In this document: one piece after another, positions 26,318 to 44,528 of the stretch
Position numbering within the stretch: the stretch's first letter is position 1
Layout of the letters: every line of letters begins with the position of its first letter
Assembly (NCBI GenBank): GCA_951406725.2
Contig: OX597822.1
Coordinates: 93,124,001-93,188,000 of the forward strand
Length of the DNA: 64,000 nucleotides
Direction: 5' to 3'
Source: Octopus vulgaris
Lineage: Eukaryota
Translations under genes and position numbers: made by a program
Notes under the pieces: generated by a model
Database searches by the model: none
Seen by the model: the letters and a program-made list of their open reading frames with translations, nothing else
What the model was told of the DNA's origin: nothing

Positions 26318-26400
26318 TTATTCTTTACTTGTTTAAGTCATTTGACTGCGGCCATGCTGGAGCACATACACACACACACACACACACGCACGTACGCACG

Positions 26401-26461
<61 letters not shown>

Positions 26462-26736
26462 GTTATATATGTATGTATAATTTAATAAACGCTGGATTTC
26501 AGGATATAAATTTGACGAAATTAGATTAAATGATATTTACTTCTCATTGGACGGATTATTTTTTGTTGATTTCACTAATAACGGAAGAAAAAGAAGAAAA
26601 CTGACAGTAGATGAATATAAAAGAAAACGCGTGAGTAGCATCTGCAGAGTAATAGAAAGCGGGGGAGAGTCCGAGAGGAAAGAAAAGTAAGAGAATGGGA
26701 AAGTGAGAGAGAAAGGAGAGAGAAACAAAGAGGGAG

Positions 26737-26797
<61 letters not shown>

Positions 26798-27156
26798 GTT
26801 TAACGTCCGTTTTCCGTGCTAGCACGGGTTGGACAGTTTGACCGGGGTCTGGGAAGCCAGGAGGCTGCACCAGGCTCCAGTCTGATTTGGCTGTGTTTCT
26901 ACAGGTGGATGCCCTTCCTAACGCCAACCACTCTGTGAGTGTAGTGGGTGCTCTTTTCGTGCCGCCGGCACAGGTGCCAGAGGGGCTGGCAGCGGCCACG
27001 ATCGGTTGGTGCTTTTTACGTGCCACCCGCACAGAAGCCAGTCAAGGCGGCGCTGAATCGGCCACGTTCGGATGGTGCTTTTTACGTGCTGAAAGGAAGC
27101 AACAGAAAGTAACAACCACACTCTTACCCGCGCGTAGAGCGGGTCACCTTAAGCTA

Positions 27157-27157
<1 letters not shown>
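26060..27157 (+). mobile_element. Two tandem non-autonomous Helitron 3' ends; the second is interrupted by an RTE-related SINE (26739-27090)
   Basis: Hairpin acccgc..gcgggt followed by CTAG at 26249-52 and 27154-57. Duplicated purine-rich body. Confidence 0.6.
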
Positions 27158-27229
<72 letters not shown>

Positions 27230-27368
27230 TAATAATATCAGAGTATTAAAGTTTTTAGAAATTTTTACTATCAGTGGCCTAGCGTATAGAAAAATTAATC
27301 AATAGCTGTTCCTTCTAGCATAAGGAAGTCCTATGATGGACACTCCTTATGTGTTTAAATGTACACTG

Positions 27369-27420
<52 letters not shown>

Positions 27421-27493
27421 GGTTCCAGGTTCAGTCCCACTGCGTGGCACCTTGTGAGTGGATTTGGACGACGGAAACTGAAAGAAGCTCGCC

Positions 27494-27576
<83 letters not shown>

Positions 27577-27769
27577 TTGTGCGTCTGTGTCTGTCCCCTC
27601 CACATCGCTTGACAAGCGATGGTGGTGTGTTTACGTCCCCGTAACTTAGCGGTTCGGCAAAAGAGAACGATAGAATAAGTACTAGGCTTACAAAGAGAAT
27701 AAGTCCTGGGGTCGATTTGCCTCCAGCATGGCCGCAGTCAAATGACTGAAACAAGTAAAAAAGAGTAAT

Positions 27770-27826
<57 letters not shown>

Positions 27827-28088
27827 AAGGGTTAAAGACAGTCTTTCGGTTATCAATGATCATATATGGGATTGCATCTAGAAAGTTTCCCCTTGAAACA
27901 CAAGTCTGTGCAAAGCTGTTTATGGAAGACCAGCAGTCACCCATGCATACCAGCCTCCTCCTCTCCACGTCGCCAATGTTATCCAAGGGAAATACATGTT
28001 CAAATACTTACACACACGCGCACACACATAAACACGCATACAAAGACACACCCATACATACAAACACGTACACTCACACACACGCACA

Positions 28089-28160
<72 letters not shown>

Positions 28161-28298
28161 TACACACATACATGAACGTAATATAATATACCGTATAAGT
28201 ATGGCAGCGCGCAGGCAGAAACGTTAGCACACCGGGCGAAATGCTTCGTCTGCCGCTACGTTCTGAGTTCAAATTCTGCCGAGATCGACTTTGCCTTT

Positions 28299-28344
<46 letters not shown>

Positions 28345-28904
28345 CACATTCACACACGCGTACACATACGCACACGCATGCACTAACATAAATCGTCTGT
28401 AACCCATTCTTTTAGAAGACTCTTGGTGGTCTATGCCTTATTTGAACACGAAATGAAACCGTGTGACCCTTGAAAGCCTTTATATTTTCAGAGTGGTACA
28501 CGTGTAGGGGTTTTAATTTCACATCCCCAGAGACATTTCCTCCCTAATGACGTGTCAGACGACATAAATTTTTACGTCGTCTGTTCTTATTCCTTCTCCA
28601 CCTCTCTCTGTCTCCTTCTCTCTCTTCCCATCCCTCCCTTTAGCCTGTCATCACCAAACGTACACCCCACTACACCTCACACACATGATACAAAAGCAGA
28701 AACATAATCCACATAAATACCTCAGAAGGTCACACTTAAAATAAAATTATCTTTTAATTGCAGAACAAACCCAGGCGAGAGATTGACAGAATCGTTCGAG
28801 CTTGGTCGTGTTTGTTTCAGCTCTTCACATTCTGAATACGTAACCTGCCGAGGTTGGCTTAGCATTTTATCCTTCTAGCTCGATAAGATAAATACCTGTT
28901 GAAC

Positions 28905-30480
28905 CCACCGGAATTTGTGCTTTGGGTATTCTGCAATCATGCTGTTCATTTCGTTTCGTTCTCGAATGACTTCGTTTCGGAGTTGTTCTTGCAATGATAT
29001 TTCTTGTTTTGATCTTCCCATGAGCCTTTGCGTCCGTGCTATTGAAGCGATTGGCACATGGGCTTTTGTCCAGCTTTGATTTGTGCGCATCTTTTATTGA
29101 GGAGGTCAAGCGCCTTCCAACCTATTCTTATTCTCCTCCAGAGTTCGGCACCCACGTCTTGGTGCATATTTACTGTGTGACCCAGGTAGACGTGCTCTTT
29201 TACTTCCTCGATTTCATCTCCCCACTATCTATCGCCGTCAAAGTGGTGAGCTGCTAGAAATGTTAGCACGCCGGGCGAAATGCTTAGCGGTATTTCGTCT
29301 GCCGTTACGTTCAGAGTTCAAATTCCGCCGAGGTCGACTTTGCCTTTCATCTTTTCGGGGGCGATAAATCAAGTACTAGTTGAGTAATGGGATCGATGTG
29401 ATCGACTGTCCTCACCCCCACAAAATCCAAGTCTTGTGTCGATAGTAGAAAGGATTATATATCACCGTCAGCTTATCCTTGTTATTAAACACTGTCACCT
29501 CTGACCTACAGGGCAGCAGCCTCTCTCTCGCATCTTTTTACACTTTTCCTTTCCTCTGCAACCTGTATGAGATTCTTATATCTACAATTCTCGAAGTTTT
29601 TTTCCAGATGTCTTCGCAAATAGTAGAATACTCAAAGTGTTCTTTCACGTTCCTCTTCTTAGTTTTCTGACTCTTGGAAATTTCCTTCGTCTTTTCCGAG
29701 TTCTTTCCTCCAGGTCCCCGCGTGCTTGTAGTTCCATATCTTCCCATCAGGATGTAGTCCATTTCATTTTCGGGCGTTTGGGACCATCTAAATCCATGTC
29801 CTTCCAGATTGCTTCCTCAATAGGCTGCTCTCAATATAAAGCCATTTTGCTTCTGCCATGATAACCAAACGTTCCCATCTTTCATTTCCATCAGTTAATC
29901 CAAACCTTCCAACGTATTTCTCCCCTTGCCGTCCTTTTTGACCTTTGCATTGAAATCCCCAATCAATCACTACGGTGGAAGTGGATTTCTGAGCCAGCGC
30001 TTTCTCTAGTTCTTGGAAGAATTCTTCAACTTCCTCATATTTGCCAGCACTTATTGGAGCATAGGTCTCGGAAATCTTGAGGCTGGCGTTTCTAGTCAGA
30101 AGAAACGTTTATTACTCCAATGCATGATGAAGATGAAACAATTTTCGAAGTCCACTCTCTGCTTGCGACGAACCCTATATCGCCTGCCGCTTTTCCACCT
30201 TGTGTTATTCTCACGACGCTTCCATCCGTCCATCTCGTATTTATTTATTTCCTTCGACCTGTTACACAGAGCCCTTCTTTTTCTCCCCCATTAGACGGGC
30301 ATTTCCGGTTCTCCTCTTCAAAGACTGGCAGTAGTAGGGTCATATGGCAAAGTTTGTTATCCGATACTCGGGCGGACTACGGGCACCTGAGACTCTCGGT
30401 AGCTTCTGGTTACTTGGATTTTGCCTCGCCATACTAGAGCGATCCGATTGATCCGCAGATCACTGAGACCAATTTCCTGG
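28905..30480 (-). pseudogene. Decayed RTE-clade LINE (APE endonuclease and RT-end fragments), interrupted by a SINE at ~29225-29460
   Basis: VGRFGL..GNERWERLV, MDYIL and IEEVKEHVYLG...RRIRIGWKA motifs. Confidence 0.75.
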
Positions 30481-30519
30481 CATTGTTTTAGCCACAATGC
30501 TGGCTGGGTCAGCGTACCA

Positions 30520-32617
<2,098 letters not shown>

Positions 32618-32920
32618 TGAAATAATTAATAGAGGGCACTTGAGGTGGCTTTATCACAACGTTATGTTTGTAGATGGACCGGAAAAATACAGTTCGTTAT
32701 GAGTGTTACATGTCGTTGCTAATGACTTTCGAAAGGAAGACAGCATTTCATGCCTGTTAAACATGGCATGGTAATTTGAATAATGGTGCGTGCAAACGCA
32801 CACGGCATATAAACATGTGCAGAGGAATATTTGTAAACTGTCCATAGATACATGATAACAAATCTATTTGTGTGTGTTATGTAGTTTGTTTTAGCCATCC
32901 TGGTTATAGTTGCTCAAGTA

Positions 32921-33565
<645 letters not shown>

Positions 33566-33819
33566 CTCTAGTACAACCTTGAGACTTGTATTATCATATG
33601 TACTTTTGTCTTTCCCACATAAAGGACACTACTCTCATTTATCCTTCTCCACCTCCACTCTAGCCAATGCTAATTTCTAGTTTGCCTCTATGCTGTCCTT
33701 TTTCTTTTTTTATTCTGCCAAAATATTTGCTGCGGAATCATTGAAAATATTTGCTCCCTATTGATGATATAAATAGCTTTAAATATCTAACTTGTCCTTT
33801 ATGTATTAAGTCTGTGCGG

Positions 33820-33902
33820 TCGTCTGATGAGAACGGTTTCTTTGTAATGATGTAATGCTTTCATTGAGCAATTAAAGGAGTCGCTCGAAACGGCTGTAAG
33901 GA
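33820..33902 (+). ncRNA. Type-I hammerhead ribozyme with extended stem II
   Basis: CTGATGA (33824-30); long imperfect stem II; GAAA (33887-90); CGGCTG; TA; stem I tcgt/agga with a mismatch. Confidence 0.65.
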
Positions 33903-34199
33903 ATTGATACTTATACACCTTTGTTACTCATATTTTACTCACCTACTCTGGAATCTATTTCGGAAGTATTTGGAATGTATCATTATATAAAGTACACGCC
34001 TGAACAAACAAGAGCGGATTTATTCACTAAGTTGGAACGTACCATCTACATACACTGCATGAATATCGGGTGGAAAAATTCTATGATATACACCTAATAA
34101 TGTTTGATATACACCTAATAATGTCTGAGTGTGCACATTAGTTCGTCCAAACACGGTACCTTAATTTAAGTACCTGAGTCAACTGAATCTAAATTACGT

Positions 34200-34246
<47 letters not shown>

Positions 34247-34602
34247 ATACGATATATATTCTGAGACCCCCTTCGGTCACGACACAGACCATGGGATTGC
34301 ACCTAGAAAGTTACCTTCCCAGGCACAAGTCCGGGCAAGGTGGTTTATGGAAGACCAGTAGTCGCCCATGCATACCGGCCTCCCCTCTCCACGCCACCAG
34401 TGTTATCCAAGGGAAATGCAACGGCCGATACAGCTTGGCACCTGTGACGTCGCAACTCATTTCTACAGCTGAGTGAACTGGAGCAACGAGAAATGAAGTG
34501 TCTTGCTCGAGAATACAACACGCAGCCCGGTCCGGGATTCGAGCTCACAACCTCACGATCGTAAGCTCGACGCTCTAACCACTGAGGCATGCGCCTTCAC
34601 CA

Positions 34603-34644
<42 letters not shown>

Positions 34645-35419
34645 GTGTGTGTGTGTGTACGACAGGCTTCCTATAGTTTCCGTTTACTAAATTCCCTCAC
34701 AAGTAGAAGACACTTGCCCAAGGTGTCACGTAGTGGGACTGAACCCGGAACCAAGTAATTAGGAAGCAATCTTGCCACACAGCCACTACTGCCCCTATAC
34801 TGCCAAGAAATTTGATTCAACTATCATAGGAGTGGCTGTGTGGTAAGTAGCTTGCTTCCCATGAGGCTTTGAGACTTCCCATGATTTTTTTGTTGTCAGT
34901 GTGCGCATGTGCCATTGTGTTGTGCACTGAAGAAGTCACGCCTTTCGTGAAATATTGAACTTTGAAGCTCGACTACAGGTAGGCGTTTGTTGTATTTTTT
35001 TGAGGGCTTAGTGGAGTTTGTTGCCCTGTATTCAATATTTTTTTGGTGAGCAACAGTCTCCACTCTGCTCCAGACATTTGCCTGCCTATGGTCGTGCATA
35101 AAGACTCACTTTGCAGTGAGAATTGTGTTTTTGAGGAGGCTTAGCCCCTCCGCAAAAATTAATTTGTTTACGAAAATTGTCTTCGTGTCTGTGAATTCCC
35201 ACTGGATTACCATGGTGTACCAAGGCAGGAAGGACTATTTTTGCAACAGGAGTACCTGTACCGGAGTTGTGGTATTGTGTTGCCGTTGACTGAACTGTCT
35301 TCCTTCGTTCTTTTTCTCTGCTCTGTCTTTCCGTTCTTTTTTGTGTTTATTACTGGATTTTTATTTAGAACATTTGAACTTTTGTTGAACTCTTCTTCCT
35401 TTTCTCGTGTTTGAAAATC

Positions 35420-36600
35420 ATGGCAACAAAGAAAACCACTGTGTTGGAGTGGGAAATTGTGCCCCCTAAACAGTGGATAGAGGACCGAAGCAAGAGAATG
35501 GTGGTGTTAAGGACGTACTCTAAGTCCCTTGACACCACTGTATTCTCGCAGGTCGAGATTGAGGAGTTGGCAGAGTACCTGCCAACTATCAAGTACATTG
35601 CAAGGGGTGTCAAATTCGCAACAGTGTGGTTGCTGTTTGACACCCCTAAAGAGGCTAGCATGTTCGTTAGTCCGCCCCTGGAAGGGGAAAGGATTTTGTT
35701 CCTCCCCACATATTGTGGGAGGAAATTGACAAGAGCCTGGGTGAGTGGGCTGCCACCCGGGATAGAGCCTGAGTGGATAGAAGATACTATCCGTCGGGGT
35801 CTGGGTGGCAGCGGAGCTTGGCTCTTGAATGTTAGAATGCTTCATGTGGCTGATTGGGTGGGGTCGAAAGCAATTTTGACCCTATGGACCCAATCAGCCA
35901 AAGATCTGTTTTTACCAGATGTTTTAACAATGGCCGGTTCCAGGAATCCGGTGATGGCTGAAGAACACCCCCCCCAAGTGTCACCTGTGCCTAGAATCGG
36001 GCCACATAAGGAAAAACTGTCGCCGGGACCAGGCAAATGTCCGGGAACAGTTAAATCAATGAAGAACTCCCTGTTCCCCCAACGGAGCACCCTACGCCTC
36101 CATTGGAGGGAGAGAGGGAAAAAGTCGAGGAGGGGGCAATTCCCTTGAAAAAAGGAACAAAAAGAAAGAAGGTGGGCAACAATGGTTGCCCATCGATGGA
36201 TCCCGAGGCGGCGGAAGGGAAGGAGGGATCTACGGACAAGCCGGAGGAACCTTACCCTCCTGCCGTGAAAAAGGAAAAAAAGGAAAAGAAAGAAAAACGG
36301 GGCCTCGCCGGCGGTTGCTGGTGCACCGGCGTCATGTTCCGAAACCCCTTCGGTGGAACGTGAGCCGCCGGAATGGGGGGGGGGGGGGAAAGAAGACCCC
36401 TCCCAGTGGAAATGTTGAAGAACATGTGATCTTCTATCTCAGGGGAGGGGCCGTAGAGAACTATATAGAAAGTTCCTGTGATAGTCGGGACCTAATAGAC
36501 TCGACTTGTATTCCAGAGTGACCTCCGCGGGTGGCTGCTCGGGTACTGGAATAAAAGAACCTCTATCACATAATGGACTCCTTCTCAAAGGAAGTGTATA
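35420..36600 (+). pseudogene. Non-LTR retrotransposon ORF1 (gag-like; RRM-like region plus CCHC zinc knuckle), frameshifted
   Basis: ATG at 35420; WVSGLPP motif. After a slip in the poly-C run (~35967-76) it reads CHLCLESGHIRKNC (CX2CX4HX4C). Putative 5' UTR from ~34865. No ORF2 follows. Confidence 0.7.
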
Positions 36601-36670
36601 GATCACGTGTAAGCGATGTTGAGGGGACAAACACAGACACACAAACATATACACACACACACACACACAC

Positions 36671-36733
<63 letters not shown>

Positions 36734-37640
36734 CATACATATATACGACGGGCTTCTTTCAGATCCCGTCTACCAAATCCACTCACAAGGCTTTGGTCAA
36801 CCCGAGGCTATAGTTGAAGACACTTGCCCAAGGTGCCACGCAGTGGGACTGAACCTGGAACCATGTGGTTGGTAAGCAAGCTACTTTATTTTATCGAATT
36901 TGCCATAAAGGCAGTACATAGAGTAATGTAGCTTGCGGGCTGGGCAAGGACATTAATGAGGTGAATGATAATGATACAAGGATGATAAGAATTGGAGAAG
37001 ACGAAAAACGCCCGCCGACTTTTGCTTCTCTAAAACATTGTTTTTAAAAAAATACTAAATGAGGTATTAAACCTCTTACAATTCTATAACACATTTATGG
37101 ACTAAAATGTCCATTACAGTCAAAAACAATTACATCAATGCGTCTTTAATAAATTTTCTTGCCTCCTGCGGGCATTCTAGCGGTTCGGCAAAAGAGACCG
37201 ATAGAATAAGTACTAGGCTTACAAAGAATAAGTCCTGGGGGTCGATTTGCTCGACTAAAGGCGAGGCTCCAGCATGGCCGCAGTCAAATGACTGAAACAA
37301 GTAAAAGAGTAAAAAAGTATCAATCCATTCCTTTCCCGTCGTCACTTCAAACATTAACTCCTCCTTTTCGAATCAAATGACACCGTCCCGCCACGTCAAA
37401 CTGATTTCTTTATGCAAGAGAAGTCATCCGTGATGTAACTGTATTTATTTATTCGCAAGCGTTATGACTAATTGAGCGTGGAGAAGGAGTCGGCCATTAT
37501 GTAATACCATGCATGGTATAATAACCGACATGACAGCATTATTACTCTTATCCTTGTCTTCGTGTTTGTCATATGATTTGTCATTCTCACGTTCTTAAAA
37601 CAATTGTAAACGGTGTAAACGTAATAATTCCATTATTCAC

Positions 37641-37719
<79 letters not shown>

Positions 37720-39140
37720 ATTTCTTTACTACCCACAAGGGGCTAAACATAGAGGGGACAAACAAGGACAGACAAAGGGATTAAGTCGATTACATAGACC
37801 CCAGTGCGAAACTGGTACTTTATTTATCGACCCAGAAAGGTTGAAAGGCAAAGTCGACCTCGGCGGAATTTGAACTGAGAACGTAACGGCAGACGAAATA
37901 CCGCTAAGCATTTCACCCGGCGACACACACACACACACGTACATGCATATATAAATACATACACACATACCTATAAGCTTATATAAGACTGGCACTCCGT
38001 CGGTTACGAAGACGAGCGTTCCAGCTGATCCGATCAACGGAACAGTTTGCTCGTGAAATTAACGTGCAAGTGTCTGACCACTTCACAGACACGCGTACCT
38101 TTAACGTAATTTATCGTATTTGACTGCCACAAAGAAGAGTACTCAATACCATGGTAGAGAGTAGAGATTAATAATATATGTTATTTTGGTCGATACAGCC
38201 TCTTGTTATTCCAAGTTTCGTCTGTGAGTGCTCAGAGTCTTTGGGTAAATCATGACACAATTTACATATTATGTAAACATTCTACTGCTTTAGTCGTTCA
38301 CTAGCTTCAGTCATTGCACACCACCTTGAAGTGTTTTACTGATCAAATCGGCCCCGGTACTTTATTCTATCAATTCTTTTTAGCAAACAAAGTTCAGCAA
38401 ACAAAGGAGCCTACACATGTTATTGAGTCGTGAAGGAAAATGACGCCGGCAGATGGACGCACACACGCTCACACACTTTATCTTCTATCTGTTACTTGTT
38501 TCATTCATTAGACTGCGACCAGGCTGGGGCACTGCCTTGAAGAATTAAAAAAAAATTCTGGTGCTTATTCAGTTTGTTTTGCCGAACTACGAAGTTACGG
38601 AGACGAAGTTGCGAAGTTACGAAGTTACGGAGACGGTTGTCAAACGGTGGTGAAGGACAAAGGCAGACAGACACGCACACATAGATATATATAATCATTT
38701 CTACTGTAGGCCTGAAATTTTGGTGGAGCGGGGTAAGTCGATTACATCGACCCCAAAACTTGTATAGTACTTAATTGATCGACCACGAAAGGATGAAAAG
38801 AAAAGTCGACCTCGGCTGAATTTGAACTCAGAACGTAGCGACGGGCGAAATACCGCTAAGAATTTTGTGCAGTGTGCTAACGATTCTGCCAGATCGCCCC
38901 CTTCACATAGATATAAATATTTATTTCTACTCTAGGCACAAGGCCATGAAAATTTTGGGGGAAGAAGGCTAGTCGTTTATATCGACCCCAGTGCATAACT
39001 GGTACTTATTTCATCGACCCCCGAGATGAAAGCCAAATTTGACCTCGGCGACATTTGAACTCAGAACGTAGCGGCTTGTGAAATACCGCTTAGCATTTCG
39101 TTCAGCGTGTTAACGATTCTGTCAGCTTGCCGCCTTCACA
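37720..39140 (-). mobile_element. Cluster of SINE copies (families 1, 2 and 4)
   Basis: Matches to the other SINE copies in the window. Confidence 0.8.
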
Positions 39141-39200
39141 GAGATATAAATAATAAACGTTTCTGTCTCCCAAATCCTCTCACAAGGCTTTTGCCAGCCA

Positions 39201-40275
39201 TATATGCACCGCTTCCTGTGCTTCTTCGTCCGTAGCAAATCACCGACCTCGTAAAAGACGTTTGAGCGGTCCAGAGTGGTGATGGTCGGAAGGAACGAGA
39301 GCTCGACTGTATGCAGGGTGTTCTAACAACTTGAAACCCAAATTTTCAATGATTTCAACAGTGAAGGCGGTCGTATGTGGGCGTACATTGTCCTTCAACA
39401 ATGACACCTGCTTTGAAAACAAACTTCGGCTTTTGGTGCGAATTACTGTTTTCAGTTTGTTGGCCAACATTTCACTGTAGCCTACGCTGGTGCCTGTAGA
39501 CTCCTTTTCCCGGTAATGTTCCAATATAAGCCCTTTTCTCTCCCCCAAAACGGTTAGCATCCCTTTTGTTGCTGAAGGTTGAGTCTTGGATTTCTTTTTC
39601 GTCGGCGATTCCGGGTTTTTCCACTCCATACTCTGCCTTTTGGGTTTGGGCTCAAAGTGATGGACCCAGATCTCATCTCCAAAAAAGCTTCACCCTCATC
39701 GTTGTTGCGGTCGAGTAAGCGTTGACACATCACACGATAGTGCTCATCTGCTTCGGTAAGCTCTCTCGACACCTAACTCGCACAGACTTTACGGAAGTGA
39801 AGCTTGTTGCGGATAATTTCGTATGGAGAACCCCGACTAATTTGCAGAGAACATGATACCTCACTGGTGGTCACTCGTCAGTTCGCCAGAACCATCTTTC
39901 AAGCTTGTTAAAACTTCATGTCACAAGAAGAGATTGATGGGCGTCTTGCTCCGACTTCGTGCTTCATGCTTGTCCAGCCATTTCTAAACTTCTCGATCCA
40001 CTCATACGCACCTCCACGTAGCAGATCGCTGCGATGAATCTCAGCTCCTGGCACACATTCAGAGAAATCGAACCTCTGTCCTTCCTTGGTGCACACAGCC
40101 AGTAGAACAGCCATCCTTACTCTATAACACAAGAAAGAAGACGGGAGCGATTAAGGTTAAACCTCGGTTGGTTAACGGTATCACCTTTACCTTTCAACGT
40201 GCATGCGCTGGCGGCAGTGCGGCCAACTTAAAGAAAGCTTTGGAGAATGTGCGGACAATTTTTTTTTTTACTTCT

Positions 40276-40280
<5 letters not shown>
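39201..40280 (-). pseudogene. Decayed mariner transposon
   Basis: SPTKKK.K.QPSA.K.MLTV, LLKDNVRPHT and LEHPAYSRALVPSD motifs. TIR-like CGAGG end at 40280. Confidence 0.85.
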
Positions 40281-40324
<44 letters not shown>

Positions 40325-40580
40325 GTGGACATGCACTATTTCTCCGTTGATGAAAAAGTGATAAAGAGCTCCAATCGATTTTCGCCTCTTATTGGGGTGT
40401 CATCAGTAATATCTACATCAATGACCAATCCCAGACACATAAGCAGCCGAGCTGTTTCTGCACACAACAAATCTAGTAAGATTAGAGAACTGGTGCCCTC
40501 CCTCTCTCCCTCTCAATAGATATGTTTATATATACGCACACACATACAAACATACATACAAACATACGTACACACATATG

Positions 40581-40633
<53 letters not shown>

Positions 40634-40730
40634 GTAAAAATATATATATACATACACACATATATATACATGCACACACATACATACACATACATATGTA
40701 CACATAAACATACGTACACACACATGTATG

Positions 40731-40777
<47 letters not shown>

Positions 40778-40964
40778 ATATGTAAATATATATATATGAA
40801 TATATATATACACACACGCAGCATATACCTACATATATATATATATATATATATACATGCCTACATAGATACATACATACATACATACACATATACATAC
40901 ATATGTATTCATACATGCATACATATATATATATGTACGTATGTATATGGTTCAGAATTATACT

Positions 40965-41130
40965 AGAAACAGAAGACAGAGAGAGTTGGGAGAACAGAAA
41001 ACAGGGTGTATTTGTTTGACGCTCAGGGAAAATAGAAGTGTCTTTGACGTTTCGAGCCTACGTTCTTCTATAAAAAAGTACGACGAAAGAAATCACAGTA
41101 AGAGGGAGAAAAAAAATAATGGAGAGAGGA
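40965..41130 (-). mobile_element. pLTR-like repeat with degenerate HHR 3' half
   Basis: cgtaggCTC-GAAA-CG-TC-AAAGA at 41040-41078. Homolog of 9903-10075. Confidence 0.5.
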
Positions 41131-41168
41131 AAAAAAATGTGTCTGGATTAACGGTTTCACACACACAC

Positions 41169-41214
<46 letters not shown>

Positions 41215-41803
41215 CTACACGCACATCTTTTGAAATACATACAAATATATCAGTAGACGATATGCAGTTTATTTTTTGCACTAAATCGGCGATTGACTGC
41301 ACAACTTCGAAATTACCCGCAAGAGGTGACAACCGGCTATTTGCAAGGAAATGTCGGAGAGCAAGACTGGAGTTAGAATTTTAACTAATTCTTTCTGCCA
41401 TTAATTAGTAAGGTATCAAAAGGTGTGCACTGCCCTCTTGGACGTAGTTAAGCATCAAATACAGATGAATAATGCTTTCTGTAGAATCCTGGATTAGATG
41501 TTTGATGCTTACTCTTTTACTCTTTTATTCTTTTACTTGTTTCAGTCATGTGACTGTGGCCATGCTGGAGCACCAACCCCAGGACTTATTCTTGGAAGCC
41601 TAGTACTTATTCTATAGGTCACTTTTGCCGAACCCCTAAGTTAGGGGAACGTAAACACATCAACATCTGCTGTCAAGCGATGGCTTGGGGACAAACACAG
41701 GCACACAAATACATACATACATACATACATACATAGTAAAAATTTACAAAAAAAAAAACAAAAGACAAGGACGGGTGTGTAAACAGCAAACATACATACA
41801 TAT

Positions 41804-41841
<38 letters not shown>

Positions 41842-42313
41842 GACGGGCTTCTTTCAGTTTTCGTCCACCAAATCCTCTCACAAGGCTGTGTTCGGCCTGA
41901 GGCTTTAGTAGAAGACATCTACCCAAGGTGCCACGCAGTGGGCCTGAACCCGCAACCGCGTGGTTGGGAAGCAAGCTTTTTACCACACAGCCACTCCTAC
42001 GCTCATATATATATTATGCAATATACATGTGTATGTGTATGTGTCTATGGATGTGTGTGTTTGTGTAAACGTGTGCGTTCGTATATTGTATTTAGAACTA
42101 AAACAAACAATTAGATGTTATTACTCAACGTAAAGTATTGGATTTTAGTTTAGGAAATTAATTTCTCGCCAATAATACTTGCAGCTAATATCATTACGCT
42201 CACCCTCTCACTCACTCACTCACTGTCAACCAATACATACATACACACACACACATATATGTATATATATGTATGTATATATATATGTATATATATGTAT
42301 GTATATATTTATA

Positions 42314-42405
<92 letters not shown>

Positions 42406-42425
42406 TGTATATATTTATATATATG

Positions 42426-42489
<64 letters not shown>

Positions 42490-42586
42490 TGTATATATTT
42501 ATATATGTATATATATATATATGTATGTATATATTTATATATATGTATATATATATGTATGTATATGTATATATATACATACATGC

Positions 42587-42630
<44 letters not shown>

Positions 42631-42733
42631 GTGTATATATATATATGTATGTATGTGTATGTATGTATATTAATTTACAGGCTGTTAATGAGATTGAATC
42701 AAAAGGAAGTGGACAGAAGAAAGTTAATGATAT

Positions 42734-42772
<39 letters not shown>

Positions 42773-43199
42773 AAGGTGATGTCCTGGCTGTGTCAGTAAA
42801 AGAAGCCGACCTGTCCCTACTTGCTGTGTCCTCTAATAATGGATAGAAAACAAATTATGATTAACCAATTTACCATTCTGACGTTGCTTTCTCCTTTCCT
42901 TTTGTTTTATTCCGCCACCCCCACCCCACCCTGTCACTCCTTCACCGCCACCCCACCCTCCGTCACTCCGTCACTCCTTCACCGCCACTACATAGCCTCC
43001 GCCATCTTTATCTCTCTTTTTGTTGTGTTTGTCACTCACTCTCCCACCTATTTCAAGTCTTATCAGTTTTTGCTTTTTTTTCTCATGACGACGACGACGA
43101 CCACCACCACCACCACCACCATCACCATCACCAGCACCATCACTAGCACCAGCACCACCTTCACCTTTATCATCATCATCGTCATCATCATCGTCGTCG

Positions 43200-43241
<42 letters not shown>

Positions 43242-43833
43242 GGATCATCATCACCACCACCACGGTCATCATCATTACCATCAGTAGTAGCATCATGATC
43301 ATCATCATCAGCAGCAGCAGCACCACCACCTCTACTACCACTTACTATTATAAAAGCAACAACAACAACAGCAACTACTGCTGCTGCTGCTGCTGCTACT
43401 ACTACTACTACTGTTACTACCAAGACTACTGCCATCATCTATAACACCATGCCCTCCACTACCACTACCACTACCACTACCACCTCTATCACCACCACCA
43501 CCACTACCACCGCCACCATTACCGCTACTACTGTTATCAACACTACTACCACCATTACTTTCTCCGCTGACACCAACACCATTGTAGTCACTCGATCTGC
43601 CAGCCATAGCAGCAGAATCTACCTCATATCCTGTTTGCCTGTCCTGAGATAAGGAAGGGCACATCGAATAATGTTGTTTTAGATACGCTAAGTCTGAAAA
43701 AACGCAGTATGGTCACGGATGGAAAGCCTTTGAGGTCAGTCTAATCAAAGCCTACCTTCGGTTGAACAACATACAACTATCACGGAAACTGCCACAATAT
43801 CGACAACTACAATCATTATCGTCGTCGTCGTCG

Positions 43834-43872
<39 letters not shown>

Positions 43873-44398
43873 CCCCCCACCATTACCATCATTTTCTTCA
43901 TTCTAACTTCCCTCACCACCATTACTTCCATTTCAACCATCGCATCATCCGTACCATTTGTCCATCATCAAAAGGTTGATCATCATGGTTATTGCTATGA
44001 AATTTTATTGCTAATTCCGGTCCAGGCCTGAAATGCTGGCTGGAGGCAGCCATTTGCAATAACAACGAGGCATGTTGACACTTGTGTTTCGAATATTGAC
44101 TTCAACTTAAACTGAAGTCTATCTGTCCTCGGTCTCTAGCACTCTCAAGGCCGGAACTTAACTCGGTTTTCATAGCATATGACTGAGGTTACTACTGTAG
44201 CGGTTATTCGAAACCGAACCGCTATGTAGCTTGTCAGACATCACGATCAAGCCACAGTAGTTTCAGGAGATCGGTCTATTAAGGAACCAATCAACGCCAA
44301 GCCATCGCGTGACTCGATCTCCTAAAGTCTTCGCTTCGTGCCCTTTAAAATGGTCGTTTTTTACGGTAATTGAAGAGAGTTGAAGCAGCAGCGTATTG

Positions 44399-44528
44399 GG
44401 TCTCCGTTCTCGCCACCTCCACCTGATTAAGAAAGATTGCCTATAGTAGACAGGAATTTTCATGGTCTCCGTTCTCGCCACCTCCACCTGATTAAGAAAG
44501 ATTGCCTATAGTAGACAGGAATTTTCAT
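44399..44528. repeat. Exact ~65-bp tandem duplication
   Basis: ggtctccgttctcgcc...ggaattttcat occurs twice. Confidence 0.9.
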
